Shown here: one piece after another, positions 39,725 through 54,687 of the stretch
Layout: every line of letters starts with the position of its first letter
Position numbering within the stretch: the first letter of the stretch is position 1
The notes under the pieces: generated by a model
What the model was told of the DNA's origin: nothing
What the model saw: only the letters and a program-made list of their open reading frames with translations
Database searches by the model: none
From: the human T2T-CHM13v2.0 reference genome, Homo sapiens
Length of the DNA stretch: 64,000 nt
Assembly: GCF_009914755.1 (NCBI RefSeq)
Contig: NC_060929.1
Strand: one strand, 5' to 3'
Translations under genes and position numbers: made by a program

Positions 39725-42555
39725 CTATGGTTAAGCTGGGTGTCAGTGCATCTTATGGAAAGAGCCACAAAGCTAGAAAGCAGCAGATGGAAATGTCAAG
39801 ACCAGGTTTGTGCTCTTAACCTCTATATGAGCTTCTCAACCCAGCAGATTTGTGCTGGATGTGTGCCGTACTCTCTCGAGTGCATGGGGGAAATAATAGA
39901 GCTTGAGAGCCACTGCTCTGTGCACTGCCGTTCATTGGTTGACTGTCTCAGAATCACTGATTATCAGGGTGAGAAGAGAACATCAGGATAATCTAACCCA
40001 GTGAAACGCTGATCTGATAATCACACAAATAAATGAGTAGTGTGCCTATAGTGAGTACTCTGATGGAATGGTGCATATGATTGGGAAATAGACCTGACCT
40101 GGGTCAGGAGAGGCTTGCTGAATGATTGAATGGGTAGGGGTTACATGGGTAGAGAAAGTAGGAAGGCATTTGAGGCAGAGAGAACCCTAGGGTAACAGGG
40201 AGAGGGCAACTTGACCCAGCTGGCTCTGCAGAGTGGGTTCTTCAGATTGCTGCAAACACACCTCAGACAGGCATACTGGATGTGGGGTCTTGGAAGTCCT
40301 ATAGAATTGGGGTTGAGAGTGAGGAAGGGTGACTGTAACAAAATCACAGAAACCCATCCAATCCCACCTCTCATTTTAAAGGAGAGGAAACAGACCCAGA
40401 GAAGTTACTTATCCCAGAACATACAACAAAGGTAGTGTGAAAACTTATCCCAGAACATACAACAAAGGTAGTGTGAAAACTTAGATCTCTTGCCTCTGTC
40501 TCAATTATGTTCCCAGGTACCATGGGACCTCGCCACATTGCCTGGAATCGCCTGACCCTCCCTTTACCCCACAAGGAGTCCCCAGCTTTTGGAGCTTCAG
40601 AGTTCTTGTCCAAGTCTCACACAATCCCCTGAAGAGTGGTGAAAATACTCTCCAAAGTCGCTGAACCCTGAGCACAGGACCACATCCCAGGAACTGCCAC
40701 ATAAGAAAGGGGGAATCCATGCATGGACTCAAAGTACTGAATCAGCAGCTGGAAATACTAAAGTAATTCATGACCCATAGAAGCACAAGTCAAAAATGGT
40801 AGTCTGCAGGCCGGATCTAACCCACAGATGTGTTTTGTTTGGCCACACAATCTATCGAAATTTATTGCCACCATTAAAAACTTAGATTTCATATTTTTAA
40901 AAAAGTTCTAGCCTGCATTCCTACCTGACAACAATTCCCTGGAGCTGCTGCCTTCCCCTCCTCACATTCCTTAGGTGCCCACCTGCTTACTCTGTTCCCA
41001 ACCCCAACTCCTGAAGTAGCAGGTGGCGTCTGCAGCCCAGGGCTTTGAAGACATGCAGCACAGTGTGCCTGCCCTGCCCTGCCTCATGACAGCTTTTCAA
41101 CAAGCTGCTAATAGTGACCTTGGGATGGCCCCTCGAGTCTGCAGGCCAGCTAACCCCAGTCCCGTCAGCTGCTGCTCCCTTGATAGGGCTGTGGTCTCCT
41201 CCTGTCCTGTCACCCTCTTTCTAGACTGTGTCCCTCTGAAAGGGATGCATTCAGATCCAAGCAATGTGCTCCCCCAGTGGGCTGACTTAGGTGGAAAAGT
41301 TAAAGAAGTCATTTTATATTTATACACCATTCAATTTCAACTTGGCAGTCAGAGCAGCACACACAATGTCAACGCAAATCGAAAGAGGCCTCATAACATA
41401 CAAAGTTGATTCTCTCTTATGATTCTAGCTAAGTAGAATAAACTCCCAGGGGAAAACATCAAATCATTTCCTGAGACTATATACAAGCAAATCTCTAACA
41501 ATGTAGGAGGAATGACAAGCATCTTGAAAAAAATTTTTCTGTTTATAAGTATAAACAGAGACAGGACTCTAAGGAAAATACTTGTAAAAGTCCTTGTTAA
41601 ATGACAGCAATCTAACTGGGTGTATGAAGTTACTGCTGGTTCTCTCTGCTACCAGAATGAACTCAGATGAACTGTTTTAATTGTTTTGCCCTTTGAGGTT
41701 AAAATTGCACAGGTAGAAAGCAAAAAAACTAATGGCATTATAGAAAGAAATGCTGGCCTGGGGATCTGGTGCCCTGGAGGCTTTCCTTCAATCTGCCTCT
41801 GACTATTAGGAGCTCATAGGTGGGTCACCTGAAACTCTGGGCCTCAGTTTTCTCATTGTGCAATGAGATTGTTGAATCATATTAGAGATTCCACAAATGA
41901 GAGCAGTGCATCCAAGACATAAGCCATTTCTGCATAACCTTTTCTAGAGATCCCCTGACCCATTAATCATGTAATTAATGGTCCTCATTAAAATGACTTC
42001 AGTTCTAGCATAATGTTTTAGTTCCGTCCAGGTGGAAACATTTACAAGCCCACAGGTATGATGTGTTAACTATTATTTAAGTACATATTAAAATACTCAG
42101 GAATTAAAATTAAAAATAGCATTTGTCCATGTACCACCTAATGAATACGCAATAAATGTTGAATGGATGAATGACAACTACTGCTGAGGTCAGTCACGTG
42201 TGCCATACACAGACATGAAAAAGATAATCAAAGATGCTTTGTGGTAGAGATGTTTTTTGAATGAGGCCTTGGGGTCAGATAAAATTTCAACAGCACAGGA
42301 GACTATACTGTTACAGAGTTAAACACACAGGGGCTCTGGAGTCCAGCATCTGATTGGGTTTGAAATTCTAACACCCCTCATGTACAAGGTGTGCCTCTGT
42401 GCAAAATTCTTAACTTCTCTACACCTCAGATTTCTCATCTGTAAAGTAGGGATAATGACAGTACCTACCTCAAGGACTATATGTGAGCATTAAGTGATAG
42501 AAAGCACATAAAGCACTTAGCAGAGACCCTCAGTAATTGAGCCTTGTGGTCACAT

Positions 42556-42592
42556 TGTCGTCATCATCATCATCATCATCATCACCATCATA
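42556..42592. repeat. (CAT)n trinucleotide microsatellite at a MIR tail
   Basis: TCGTCATCATCATCATCATCATCATCACCATCAT. Confidence 0.85.
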
Positions 42593-45254
42593 GCAATCGA
42601 CATCATACCAATCATCATTGTCAAGCAAAGTGGACAGGACATTCCACAGGGAGGGACTTGAGGAGTGGAGCACCCAGGAGGCAGCCAGCTTGCCTGTGAT
42701 TTCCACGGGACCAACTCACCTGAGCTATTCTCAGCTAAAGTCTGCGATCCTGATAACAGACTTCAGTAGCTTCTGGGGAGTGTTGTAGCAGGAATGATCA
42801 GCCCCTTGCCCTCATCGGTCGGCTCTGTTCGGATTGGCTGCATTAACCCATACTGCCCAGTGGTCTGGCTGTGCATTTCCTCCTCCAACAGTGGGGACGC
42901 TCACTCTGGAACCCAGTCTCCAGAATGCATCAGTGGAGAACCCCTGCATCTACAGACCCTGAAAGCAGATCCTCCTCGTGGCTGCATTTCTCTTGAAGAG
43001 AGCTCATAAAGACACCCAGCAGCCACAGTGCCAATCAACCTCAAAGATGGGGTCAGGGTGCAGGAAGAGCCACAGAATTGACAGAGGCTGTTGCTGAACT
43101 TTTGCTCCTAGATGGGGCCAGTTAGTCCTGCACATCTCTGCAGCAGGCATCTCTTGGTGCCATGAGTCCTGGTGGGCCTTATTGATTCCTTATTCATTTC
43201 TTATCACCCCATGTGAATCAGATTCAGTTGCTTCACATTTTCTTCACTGCTCTTATCACTGCCCGATATTATATTACAGTTGTGAGTTTTGCACCTCTTA
43301 TATTAAGACAGTGTCTGCCACATAGTAAGCACTTAGTATTTGCTGAAAGTTGTAAAAGTGCATCAATGAGTATCCCACAGTGCCGGGCACATAATAGATA
43401 TTCCATAAATTGTTGTAAAATAGCATTTCCTCTCTGTCCAGGGAACAGGGATGAGGGTGGTATAAATGGGGAGCATTTTGTTCAGGGATGTTTTCTGGAT
43501 GTGGCATTTGAGCTAGACCTTAAAAGATGGAGTACAATTCCACAAGGAAGGCTTAGTAGTTGGGCATTCCAAACAAAAAGGACAGGTGTTTAGACATGGA
43601 AAGCATTAGGGACATTTGAGAAATTGGGAATAGCTCAGTTTAGCTGGCAGACTGGAAATACAAAGAGGAATTCCAAGAACCTATGCCTAGAGAAGCTTCC
43701 CCAGTATTATAAAGGTTCTCAAAGGCCATGCCAAAGAGCAGGGGCCTGGCTCCCTCAAGCAGTGGAAAGTCAATGGTGGTTTTTAAGGAGGTGAATAATG
43801 CGGGCTGACCGATGCTTTAAGAAGATTAATACAGCAATGTCTTGAAGAGTGGTTTTGAGGTGGAAGGGAGACAGAAAACAAAGATCTGAAGCCAAAAACA
43901 TGGATAAAGTATAAACAAGACTCAGTGTAACACCAGATGTTGATTTAACACATAAGCAGGGAAGAGGAGGGTCAGAAATGAAGTTGAAGTGACTGCATGG
44001 CTGACTGAAAGAAGGATGGTGCTGCTGCAGTCTGAGGAAAGAAGTCGGAAGGAGGAGCAGAGGGGCTTGGGGGTATGGAAAGGAGAAGAGTGCAGTCTCA
44101 TCTTGTCATGACCCAGATTCCCCATTTGGTGAATGCTTGTAGGCATAAAAGCACCAAAGTCTCACTGACTGTTGGAAACAAAGACCAAAACTCCAAATGT
44201 AGATAAGGAATGGACAAATTTCAAGAGTCACCTCCATGGAAGCAGACTACCTAGGCCTTAGGGTCAGCATAGTTTCTAGAATTGGGTAAATCTAATCCAA
44301 GCTCTTCCTCTTCTTACGTGTATGACCTTGGGCAACTCTCTTAACTCATCCAAGACCCTGCTTTCTCATCTGTAAAATGAGAATGATAATAAATCTACCT
44401 TATAGAGTTTTACTGAGAATTAACATATGCATGGTATTTAGTACTGGTAAAATACTCAATATGCATCAACAATTATTAATATTATCTTATTTTTATTTGA
44501 GGCAGAGGCTGCAAATACAAATGCCTTTATAGGCCAACTGGAGAGAAATGAATTAAGCTAATTCTCCACCTAAAAGGAACGTGGCTATTCACCTTCAGCA
44601 AATTACTCCACCTGGGAGTTTTGATGAGGTTGTCACACTGTACGATATTTTTAAGAGAAGTTAGAAATCTGGACTTTGGAGGGATAAAATTTTCCATTTT
44701 AAAATGTTTACTCTAAATTTAAATTACAAGATAATATTGTGGCATCCAACAGTGTATGAACTGAACAAAATGTGTGTGGGGCTGGTATAGCCCATGGGCT
44801 GCCATCTGTGAAATCTGATTTAAGACAGGCTTCCGGCTTGAGGCAGAGATCCTGGGAGACCTTTTGGAAGATAAAGCTTCCCCTTCATTCTCCTGAGATA
44901 TTAGGCTCCAACATCTCTACATGTCAAACAACAGGCATGCGGTGGATGACCCGATGCCCTCTAGGCCTGAGATTCTGAGATCGCTAGTGTCCGAGGATGT
45001 CCAGTCTGGCCTTGATGGCATGAAGAGATCAGATGGGGAAGGCTTGAGGGTTGAGTGAGATGGCCAGGGAGGCCAGGCCTGGTGGTAGCCTCATATGCTG
45101 CAGCAGGGAGAAGCCTGTAGGTGTTTACCTGCTGTGGATAAACACAGGAGAAGTGTTGAGGCTAGCTAGAGATGAGAAGCAGGGTATCTGACCTGACTAG
45201 TTAAACACTTTACTAAGAACTACAGCTGAATCAAACCAAATCTGAATATGAGCC

Positions 45255-45269
45255 TGTGTGTGTGTGTGT

Positions 45270-45325
<56 letters not shown>
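45255..45325. repeat. (TG)n dinucleotide microsatellite, ~35 units
   Basis: Near-perfect TG run with one TA interruption. Confidence 0.97.
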
Positions 45326-45327
<2 letters not shown>

Positions 45328-48300
45328 CACCCACCTGAGCTGGGGCGATAGAGGAGAACGGGCCTGAGTGTGTATCTGCTTCATCTGCTTGCTTTTTCTC
45401 AAGTTCATTCCTGTGTGACAGAACTTTCTAATCTCTTGTACTCACAAAGCTACAGCTGATATTTCCAGAAACCTTCATAGCACCATTTCCACCACACCCC
45501 TCCTCACCACCTGAACCCTTACCCCCAGGTTTTCAGGGTCTGAATCTGCAGCCAGGCTTCTGGGTTCTAGAACCCAGAGTGGAGATATAGAGAATCCTAT
45601 AAGCAAGCCTGAGTGTTAGAGCCTCCAGCAGGCTCAGACTCTCCTGCCAAAGGATGGCTGCTATTCCAGTGCCTGCATTGCAAAGATGGACAGGTCAATG
45701 CATGCCCAGCAGGGACAGAAGAAACACTGCCATTGTCCCAGCCGACTGATGCTGAGAAGGCAAGATCATTTTTCATCAAAGTGCCTGGTTAACCCAAAGT
45801 GAAAGTTTGGTTTCCTCTACCTTACTGGAATATTTGACTTTGAATCCACGTTTACTTTCTACCTCTGGGTAGATGTATCCTGTGACTCTGTGACAAATGA
45901 TATTTACAAAAAGAGGTTTTCAAGATATTTTTAGCAACGGAACTCTTTCTTTAAAATGATATATTACACTAAACTCAACATATAAAATATGTTTTGTAAT
46001 TGAGTGATTAACACATTTGAATCTTTATTAGTCCTGACTGTCTTGAGAAAAATACAACTCAAAATGGTCATATTACTCAGATGATGCCAGATGTCTGATC
46101 CTAAAGACATTTGAATCTTTATTCTTGGTGGTCAAGTCAATTTGAATCTTTATTCTTGGTGGTAAAGACTTTGTTATTTTCAAAATCTTACAAGGACCTA
46201 ACAGGAAACTTTAGGATTCTTTGGAGTATGTTGTAAAAACCACTGATATAGTCCTCACTTTCTGAGGTATTGGGGTTCTAAGTGAGGAGAAGGCATACCT
46301 CTCATCTTTAACAATGTGAAATGAAGATGACAGAAGGGAATCACAGCATTTCATGGCATTTGACTGATAACATTCGAATAGGAGGTAAGTAACTTTGTAT
46401 GTTGGAAAGAGAAAGAATCATACAGAAAAAAAGTCAGGGCCCTGTGTTCTAGTTCTGGCTCTAGAGAGTGTTGGCTCTAATCATTTGAGAATTGGCACTC
46501 ACCATGTGCCACTGGAGAAGGCCCTTCTTGTCTGTGGATGCAGATTCTCCATTTGTAGGCATCATCTCACCTGAATGTCTAGGCTGCTGCTCAATGTGTT
46601 GGCCCAAAATGCTGCACTATCACAAAACTCTCCAGTTACATTCAGTGTGCCACAAAATAGACCGATCCTCTCTACACACCCAAATGTATGTATTGATACT
46701 AAGTTGTACAGAGTGATTCCATACAAAACAATGGAAATGAACCATTGGAAGGTTTCTAGTGGTTACATGAGGTACAGAAGAGTAGCAAATGTGGCCACAG
46801 TTACAAGTGCCAGCCTGGAGCCAGCCCTAGATTTTAGTCCTGACTGTATCAACTACTGGCTATGCGATCCCAGGCAAGCCACTTACCTTCTTGCCTTCTC
46901 CATAATAAAATGGAAACAGCATGGCACCAACCTCCCAGGTTGGTAAGTTAGCTGATTTACACAGCAACACGGGGAAGCCCTCAGGCTTTGATGGTGCCCA
47001 GACCTGGATTCAAATTCCTTTTCTTTCACAAATAAGCAAAGTACTTTGTAAACGTCAATTTTCTCATTTGTCAATAAGGATAATTATTAAATCAGTTAAT
47101 ATTTGTAAGACACTTGAGTTAGAACTGTACTTGTGATATAGTGAACACCCCTGCCCCGTGCCAAAAAAAACAAAAAAAAGGATGTGGCCAAGTGTAAAGA
47201 AACTTTGAAGGAAATAGTGCCAGTTATAGAAGAAGAAGAGCCCAGCTTGAGAATGAGGACTCAGCTTTCACTCTGGCTATGCCCCAAATCCTGGGTGACA
47301 ACCAGGAGTGCTCTTGTCTTTCTGAGCCAAAGTCTCTCCATCTGTACAAGAAAGATGGTGCACTCCACAATCAGATTCTGATATTCTCTGGTTTTATGGT
47401 GGACTCTCACCTTCCAGTTACAGCACATGGAGGGATGTGGGAATCAGTGTCAAGCACCACAACCCAAATGTCTTTAGGATCAGACATCCAGCATCATCAG
47501 AGTAATATGACCATTTTGAGTTGTATTTTTCTCAAGACAGTTACAAAATTGACCTAGTAAATATAAGAGAATATTCTTCATATCCACAAAAAAAATGTGA
47601 TCACTCCCATTTTTCTTGAACCACTGACAGCCTCAAATTTGGAGACACTATCAGGAGAGGGGGGACCCTGAAGTAAATGGAGCACTTAAGCCCCATCTGA
47701 AGATGGCATCTGTATTCAGCAATAGTTTATTGTTGCCAAAACAGAATGAAGGCCCAGTGCTACTAAATATCACAGATTTTCAAGAAAAGATGGAAATCAG
47801 ATTTCTGGGTGTATGAAATCTTGGGGTCATTAAGAGACAGCACATAATTCAAAATATTTTAAAGTTCATGGGTAGCATTTTGCCATTCAGGTATGACCAG
47901 TTGATGGGTAGCATTTTGCCATTTCAGGTATGACCAGTTCCTAAAACATATCAGCAGGGTTGCATGATGGGGTCCAATGTCCCCTACCTCCACCTCCCAA
48001 AAAGGAGGATCCACAGGCAAGTCCTTAGACCAAAGAGAATGCAGGATCTTCACTCCAGATCATGCATGCTCACCACAATTGGTAGGACCAGAGTGAGTAT
48101 CTGACCCACAAACAGCTCTCCATGGCCACTGTTTTCAAACTTTAAGATCCATAGAAATCACTTGGGAATAAAATCATCTGGGGAGTTTGGGTAAGATGTC
48201 TCAGGAGCCACCCACGGGAATTCTGCTCCATCAAGTCTGAAGGGGGCCTCAGGAATCTGCCCAGATGGTTTCTCAGCCTCCCTTGGGGAAACTTATCTCA

Positions 48301-51300
48301 GGTCTAACCAGGGGCCAATGACTGTAGAAGTTCTGCCCTACGTGGAGACTCAGTGCTGGAGGGTGATCAGCTGAACCAATTGCTGCACTGAAGGGGAACA
48401 GACTGAAGAGTGCTGATTTGCCTCTTCTGGGGAGCATGGACAGAGACACACTCATGTTACTCACTTACTAGAAGTTTATTTTTAAAAATTCACAGAGAAG
48501 TAAGGAAACCATCTGAGCTGCAGAAACCATCTGAGCTGCAGAGTCAAGCCCCATGGAGTACACGATATTGTTCCACCACTGGAACGTTTTTCACTCTTGT
48601 CTAATCTGTCCATAAGCCTTGGACTTCTGTGTTTCTGCCTCTTCTGATTATGAACACTATTCTTATGCCTTACCCTATCTTACTGCTCTCCAAGAGAAAA
48701 GGTCTGATTGGTTCAGCCAATCACCTGCCAGAGCACAGTGTTCCTATGGACAGAGCATCAACACCTCAGAGGCTGCTGACCAGCCCATAGCTAGTAGGCT
48801 TTGGGTTAAGTTATTCTGTATTGCATCAGCTGTGGCCAGGATTCCAAGGTCAGGTGATGCGAAACATCCCAAGCCGTGGGTCAGGAACCTCGCAGAGAAA
48901 GGCTAGAGGATGGTAGGCTCCTGGCATGGCCAACTGCTACGATATCGGGGTGAAGAAAGGTAACCAAAATAGCCAAAGAGAAAGAAGCCCCATGAATATG
49001 AAGAGACAAATGTCCCAATAGGAGCATGATACTTTGGCTGGTGACAGATGCTAGACATGGAGAACAGACCAGCCTAGTGGGTGAGTCTGCAGGTCCTGAG
49101 TTCTTATCCCAGCTCCACCATTCTCTGGCTGTGTGATCTTGGGTAAATTACTCGGCCTCTCTGAACTTGAGCTTCCCAGTCTTTCAACAAAAATGATTAT
49201 AATGTCTCACAAAGGGGTTTTGAGAGTTAAATGAAATACTGAGGATAAAGTCTTTAGCACAAAGCCTGGAGTAAAATAAAAGACAATATTTAGTTTAAAA
49301 GAGAAAAAAAGAAACTTACAGTGAGTTTCTTTTCTCAGAATACAACCTTGGAGAAGAACAGAACAACACTGCAAGAGGAAACCCAAATTCTGCGGAAACA
49401 TGAGCTATTGTTGTTATTCTCCAAGTACGTAAAGTAGATGTGGATTAAAGGTGGCATTTGGGGTGTTGGAGGCTGGAAGGAGAAAGAGCATGAGATCGGT
49501 AGGAAACCTGGACACGTGTCCCCACTCTGTCACTTTTGTAACTAACTCCGTAAGCAGCCAAAAACAGGGCCCTTCGTATGCCTGGGCTTCACTTTCCCCA
49601 TTTATAAAATGAGGGGGTTGGGCCATCTGACCTCAGAGGGCCCATCTATCTCTGAAGCTCCAGAATCTCATAAGGATCAAGAATGGCAGAAGAAGAAGAA
49701 TCAAAGATCTAGTAACTGACTCCAGATTCTAGAAGGGCTGGGTTTTTTTGCTTTGTCTTGTTTGGGGTAAATGCACTCTGAAAGGTAACTTTGGGCCGGA
49801 AAATCAGTCAGATTTGCTGGGATAAGAAGGTTCAGGTGGGACCCAAGGATGGTCTTCAAGAACATGGAGGGGATGTGCATCTGGAAGCAGGGTTAAGCTG
49901 GTTCTGTGTGATCTGAGGTTGGAAGGCAGACCCCATCCCATTTCAGAGATGACCAATCTGACAAGTAAAGGAGTCTTCCCCCCATGCTTCAGAATACATT
50001 CTCTAGCTTCATTCAGGTTTCTATTCAAATATCAGCTCCTCAGGTATCTACTCCTAACCCTCGCCCTAACTCAGTGCCTGTCTCTAATGCCAGTCGAAAA
50101 TGCCACCTCTGTCACTCTCTAGGCCCTTACCTGCGTTTGCCTTTCACACTGCCCTACAGACCATCATATGATATCTGACTCGCTCCAGGGAATGTCAGCT
50201 CCACCAGAGCAGAGCACTTGTTTGCTTCAACTGCTGAATCTTCAGTTCTTAAAAAGGGCTTTGAACATAGCAGATTCTCCATAAATATTTGTGGACCTCT
50301 CCCCGCAAAAAAAAAAAAAAAAAAAAAAAAAAAAGAAGTCCTACAGTCAGTATAATATTCTCCTCTGTCCTGGTGAATAGAACCTGAAATTAAACACTTC
50401 ATTTCTAATTGTAAAAATTCAGAACCCAACCTGTTGATGAGGAAAGAAAATGGAGGAGCAGACAATCGTCCCCTTATTACGGAAAAATTTCCCCTCTACA
50501 CTTCCCCATGTGGAAGACCAGCAGGGGAACTGCCCTGGGCAGGGGAGACCATGTGAGGATCTGAGCTGAGAACAGGTGTTCTCATCTGCAGCAGATTGTA
50601 ACCTGTGAATTATCTCCCCCTTTATTCTGGAGGCACTGTGCTGGCCTTGAATGGGGCTTTGAAGGCCTGAATATTCAGGAACTGTCCTGAAATTTCCCCT
50701 CTTCCGCATCCAGCAGGACTGCAACTTTCAGGAACTGTCAATTGTCTAGGGAATATAAACAAAAGAACAAAGGCAAAGTTGGCTCATTAGAAGAGAAGCA
50801 ATCTCAGATTGAACTGAATATAAAACCCACTTAGAATTTAAACACCAGAGTGGTATGTGGGAGGAACAAGGTTACAAACTCTGGGGAGAGGTCCTGATAA
50901 ACCAAAGCAATTCCATCCTGGTTCTCAGTCCCTGTTCATAAAAATTTCACAGAAGGGGGACAAGTCTCCAGAGCTTGAGCTTCTGGCATAGCAACCCCGC
51001 TGCCAGTTGCCTCTGTTTGCTTTGAGATATCAGAAGGGAGACTCCAGGCAAGCTGGCTTTGATTTGTCTAAATATAGTCTCTTTTCTGAGAGTACAGTGA
51101 ATCAAGCAAGGGGTCCTGGGGCCAGCATCGTGTTTGGCATTTTTACTTTATGGGCTGCATGATGTTTGGCACATTCCTTCCCCTCTGCAGGCCTCAATTT
51201 CTCCCTCCATTGAGAAAGAAATCCAGGCAGCATTTGAGCTCCTTTTTCTCTATTCCTTCAAACCTTATTGTCCACAGCCTCCAAGGCTTCAGTGTATTTT

Positions 51301-52190
51301 CCTGACCTGTCCTTTTCATCCTCTACACTTGCTTTTCTGTTTGCAGAGAAACTGTTCCTGGCTTAATGTGGAATTGAACCCCAGAATGCAGAACAGCTCT
51401 GAGTCTCAGTCATAGACACCCAGGAGGACTCTCACTGCTGGTCAGACAAGTGCCTGGACTTTGGGTCGCCATTCCTCTCTCTTTTGACACCACTGCCTGT
51501 TTCACCAAGTTCCCCCCATGGCATATGACAGCATGATGCCCCAAGGGAGAAAAGCTGTCAAGAAGGGCCCTGAGTCTTTGGCATTGGGCTAGAAGGTGGC
51601 GCTCTCCTAGCATATGACTCAGGCTACAAGGGGATGCTTGCCTGCTGAGCACTGTCAGTTTCCTTGCTTAGAAAATGGAAATAAGAAGAATCCTGTCCAT
51701 CTCAGAGGACTTTATGGGAATCAGATGAGAAAAGAGGTTCTGGGGAAAACTTCGATTTGCTATTTAGATCCTTGAGTCCAAGACTCTCAGCCACTGCTTT
51801 GACCTCCTACCTCTCCGGCATGCTATCTCTTCACTTCACCCACCCTGGTAGCCTCTCCAGCAATAACAGAGCAGCTCACAGCATGGGCTCTGGAGTCAGG
51901 CTGCTGGGTGTTTCCCACTGGCTCTAATCTTACCAGCTGTGTGACCTTAGGCATGTTAACTCACCTCTCTGATCTTCAGTTGTCTCATCTGAAAGTGGGG
52001 ATAAAACAGAACCTACCTCAAGGGTTGCTGTGAGATAATGTATGAAATGCACCTGGCACAGCACCTACAATACATTCATTCCTGCTGCTATTAGTGTTAC
52101 TTCTTTGAAGATCCACAGCCTGTTATCACTAATAGGATCAGTGGGAGACTGAATATAACTAATGTGACTAGTAGGCGTCCTGAACACTGG

Positions 52191-53409
52191 CAGCTCTCTT
52201 GAGGTGTGGTCCACAGAACTTTGGCAGTCCTCCAGATCCTTTCAAGAGGTCCACAATGCCAAAATTATTTTCAGAGTCATACTACTTGGCGTTTTTCACT
52301 GTGTTGACATTTGCACTGATGGTGCAAAAGCAATGATGTGCAACTGTGCAAGTGGTCATTGTATTCTTTACCACTATGCATGCCCAGAGATGGGGGGAAA
52401 CCCAGTTTCACTTAACAATGTCTTTTATTAAGCAGTAAATATTGTTATTTTTATTAAATTTTGACCCCATTTTTACTTGAAAGAATGACTAACAGACAAA
52501 CTATGATTATTCAGATGTGGGCATGTAGCAGACATTTCCACAGAAATGAATGAGGTAAGCCTGTCGCTTCAAGAAAAATCACTACCAATATTTGTTGCTA
52601 ATGATAAAATTCAAGCTTACAAGTAAATTTTAGAAAGCTTATGTCTGCCACCGCAAACTTGTCAGTTTCCCAATACTTGAAGATTTTGCATATAAGATTT
52701 ATAGTAATATTAATTAATGTGATTTTTTTGTATTATAGAATGAAATGTGTCAACATTTGGAAGACCTGCGTAACTAATATTTTCCCTATGATTAATGTAT
52801 GATGTTACAAAATCATGCAGGGGTAAAAGATCCTTTGAAAGTGTAAGTTGGACCAATGGATTATATGTAATCAACTAAGGAAAAGTTCATTGATAAGGTT
52901 CCAGATTTTGCATTGAAACTAACCTTTCAGAAACTGCCACAAGTTTTTGTGTAATATCAAAGAAGAATATCCATGACTACCTGAGATGGCCATTAAAATA
53001 TTGCCCCTTTTTCCAACTATGCCTCTGAGTGAGGTCAGATTTTATTTATATACTTCAACAAAACATCACATTGTAATAGATTAAATGAAGAATCAGATGA
53101 GAATCAAGCTATCCTCTATTAAGCCAGATGTTGAAGAGATAAGCAAACATAAAATAATGCCATTTTCTGAATATATTTTTTTAATTTTGAAACATTTTCA
53201 TAAGGAAATGTCAATTATGTTCCCATGTCATGGGTGTATTTTTGTTACTTTCATATGAATTAAAGCGATAACTTTAAATTTTATGTTTTAACTTCTTATT
53301 TGGTAAATATCACTAGATGGAATCTACATGAATGAAATCTATGTGTAGTTCTCAATCATCTTTTTAAGAGGGTAAAGAGGCCTAAGACCAAGAAGCTTTA
53401 GAACCACTG
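52191..53409 (+). mobile_element. Charlie1-family hAT DNA transposon, degenerate
   Basis: GTGTGGTCCACAGA...CCTTTCAAGAGGTCCAC left end, ACAGACAAACTATGATTATTCAGA body, right end AGAACCACTG; no intact transposase ORF. Confidence 0.8.
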
Positions 53410-53667
53410 CTGTAAATGTTTGAGAGAGAGATGGAGAGCAAAAGAGGGTAAAGAGAAGTTCCCGTGCTAAGCATAGGAAGTGACAGGCCTGTTGTGTGCT
53501 CTGTTCCTCAGCTCACACCAGGAACACTCTGGAGTTCCCTGTCCAACACAGAGCCCCACATCTTAGCAGGGATACTGACAAACTGAACATTATTCCAAAA
53601 AGGGTAACTGGAGGATAAAAATTATGTCCCCGGAGGAACAATGGAAATAAGTAGATAAACACCCTGA

Positions 53668-54687
<1,020 letters not shown>

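Noticed and set aside
40407-48542. 30-37 bp direct repeats as a CRISPR-like array
   Set aside because: Each is a two-copy tandem duplication without spacers, the units are unrelated to one another, and the DNA is human.
52191-53409. Domesticated Charlie transposase gene
   Set aside because: No long ORF; the element is internally deleted and full of stops.
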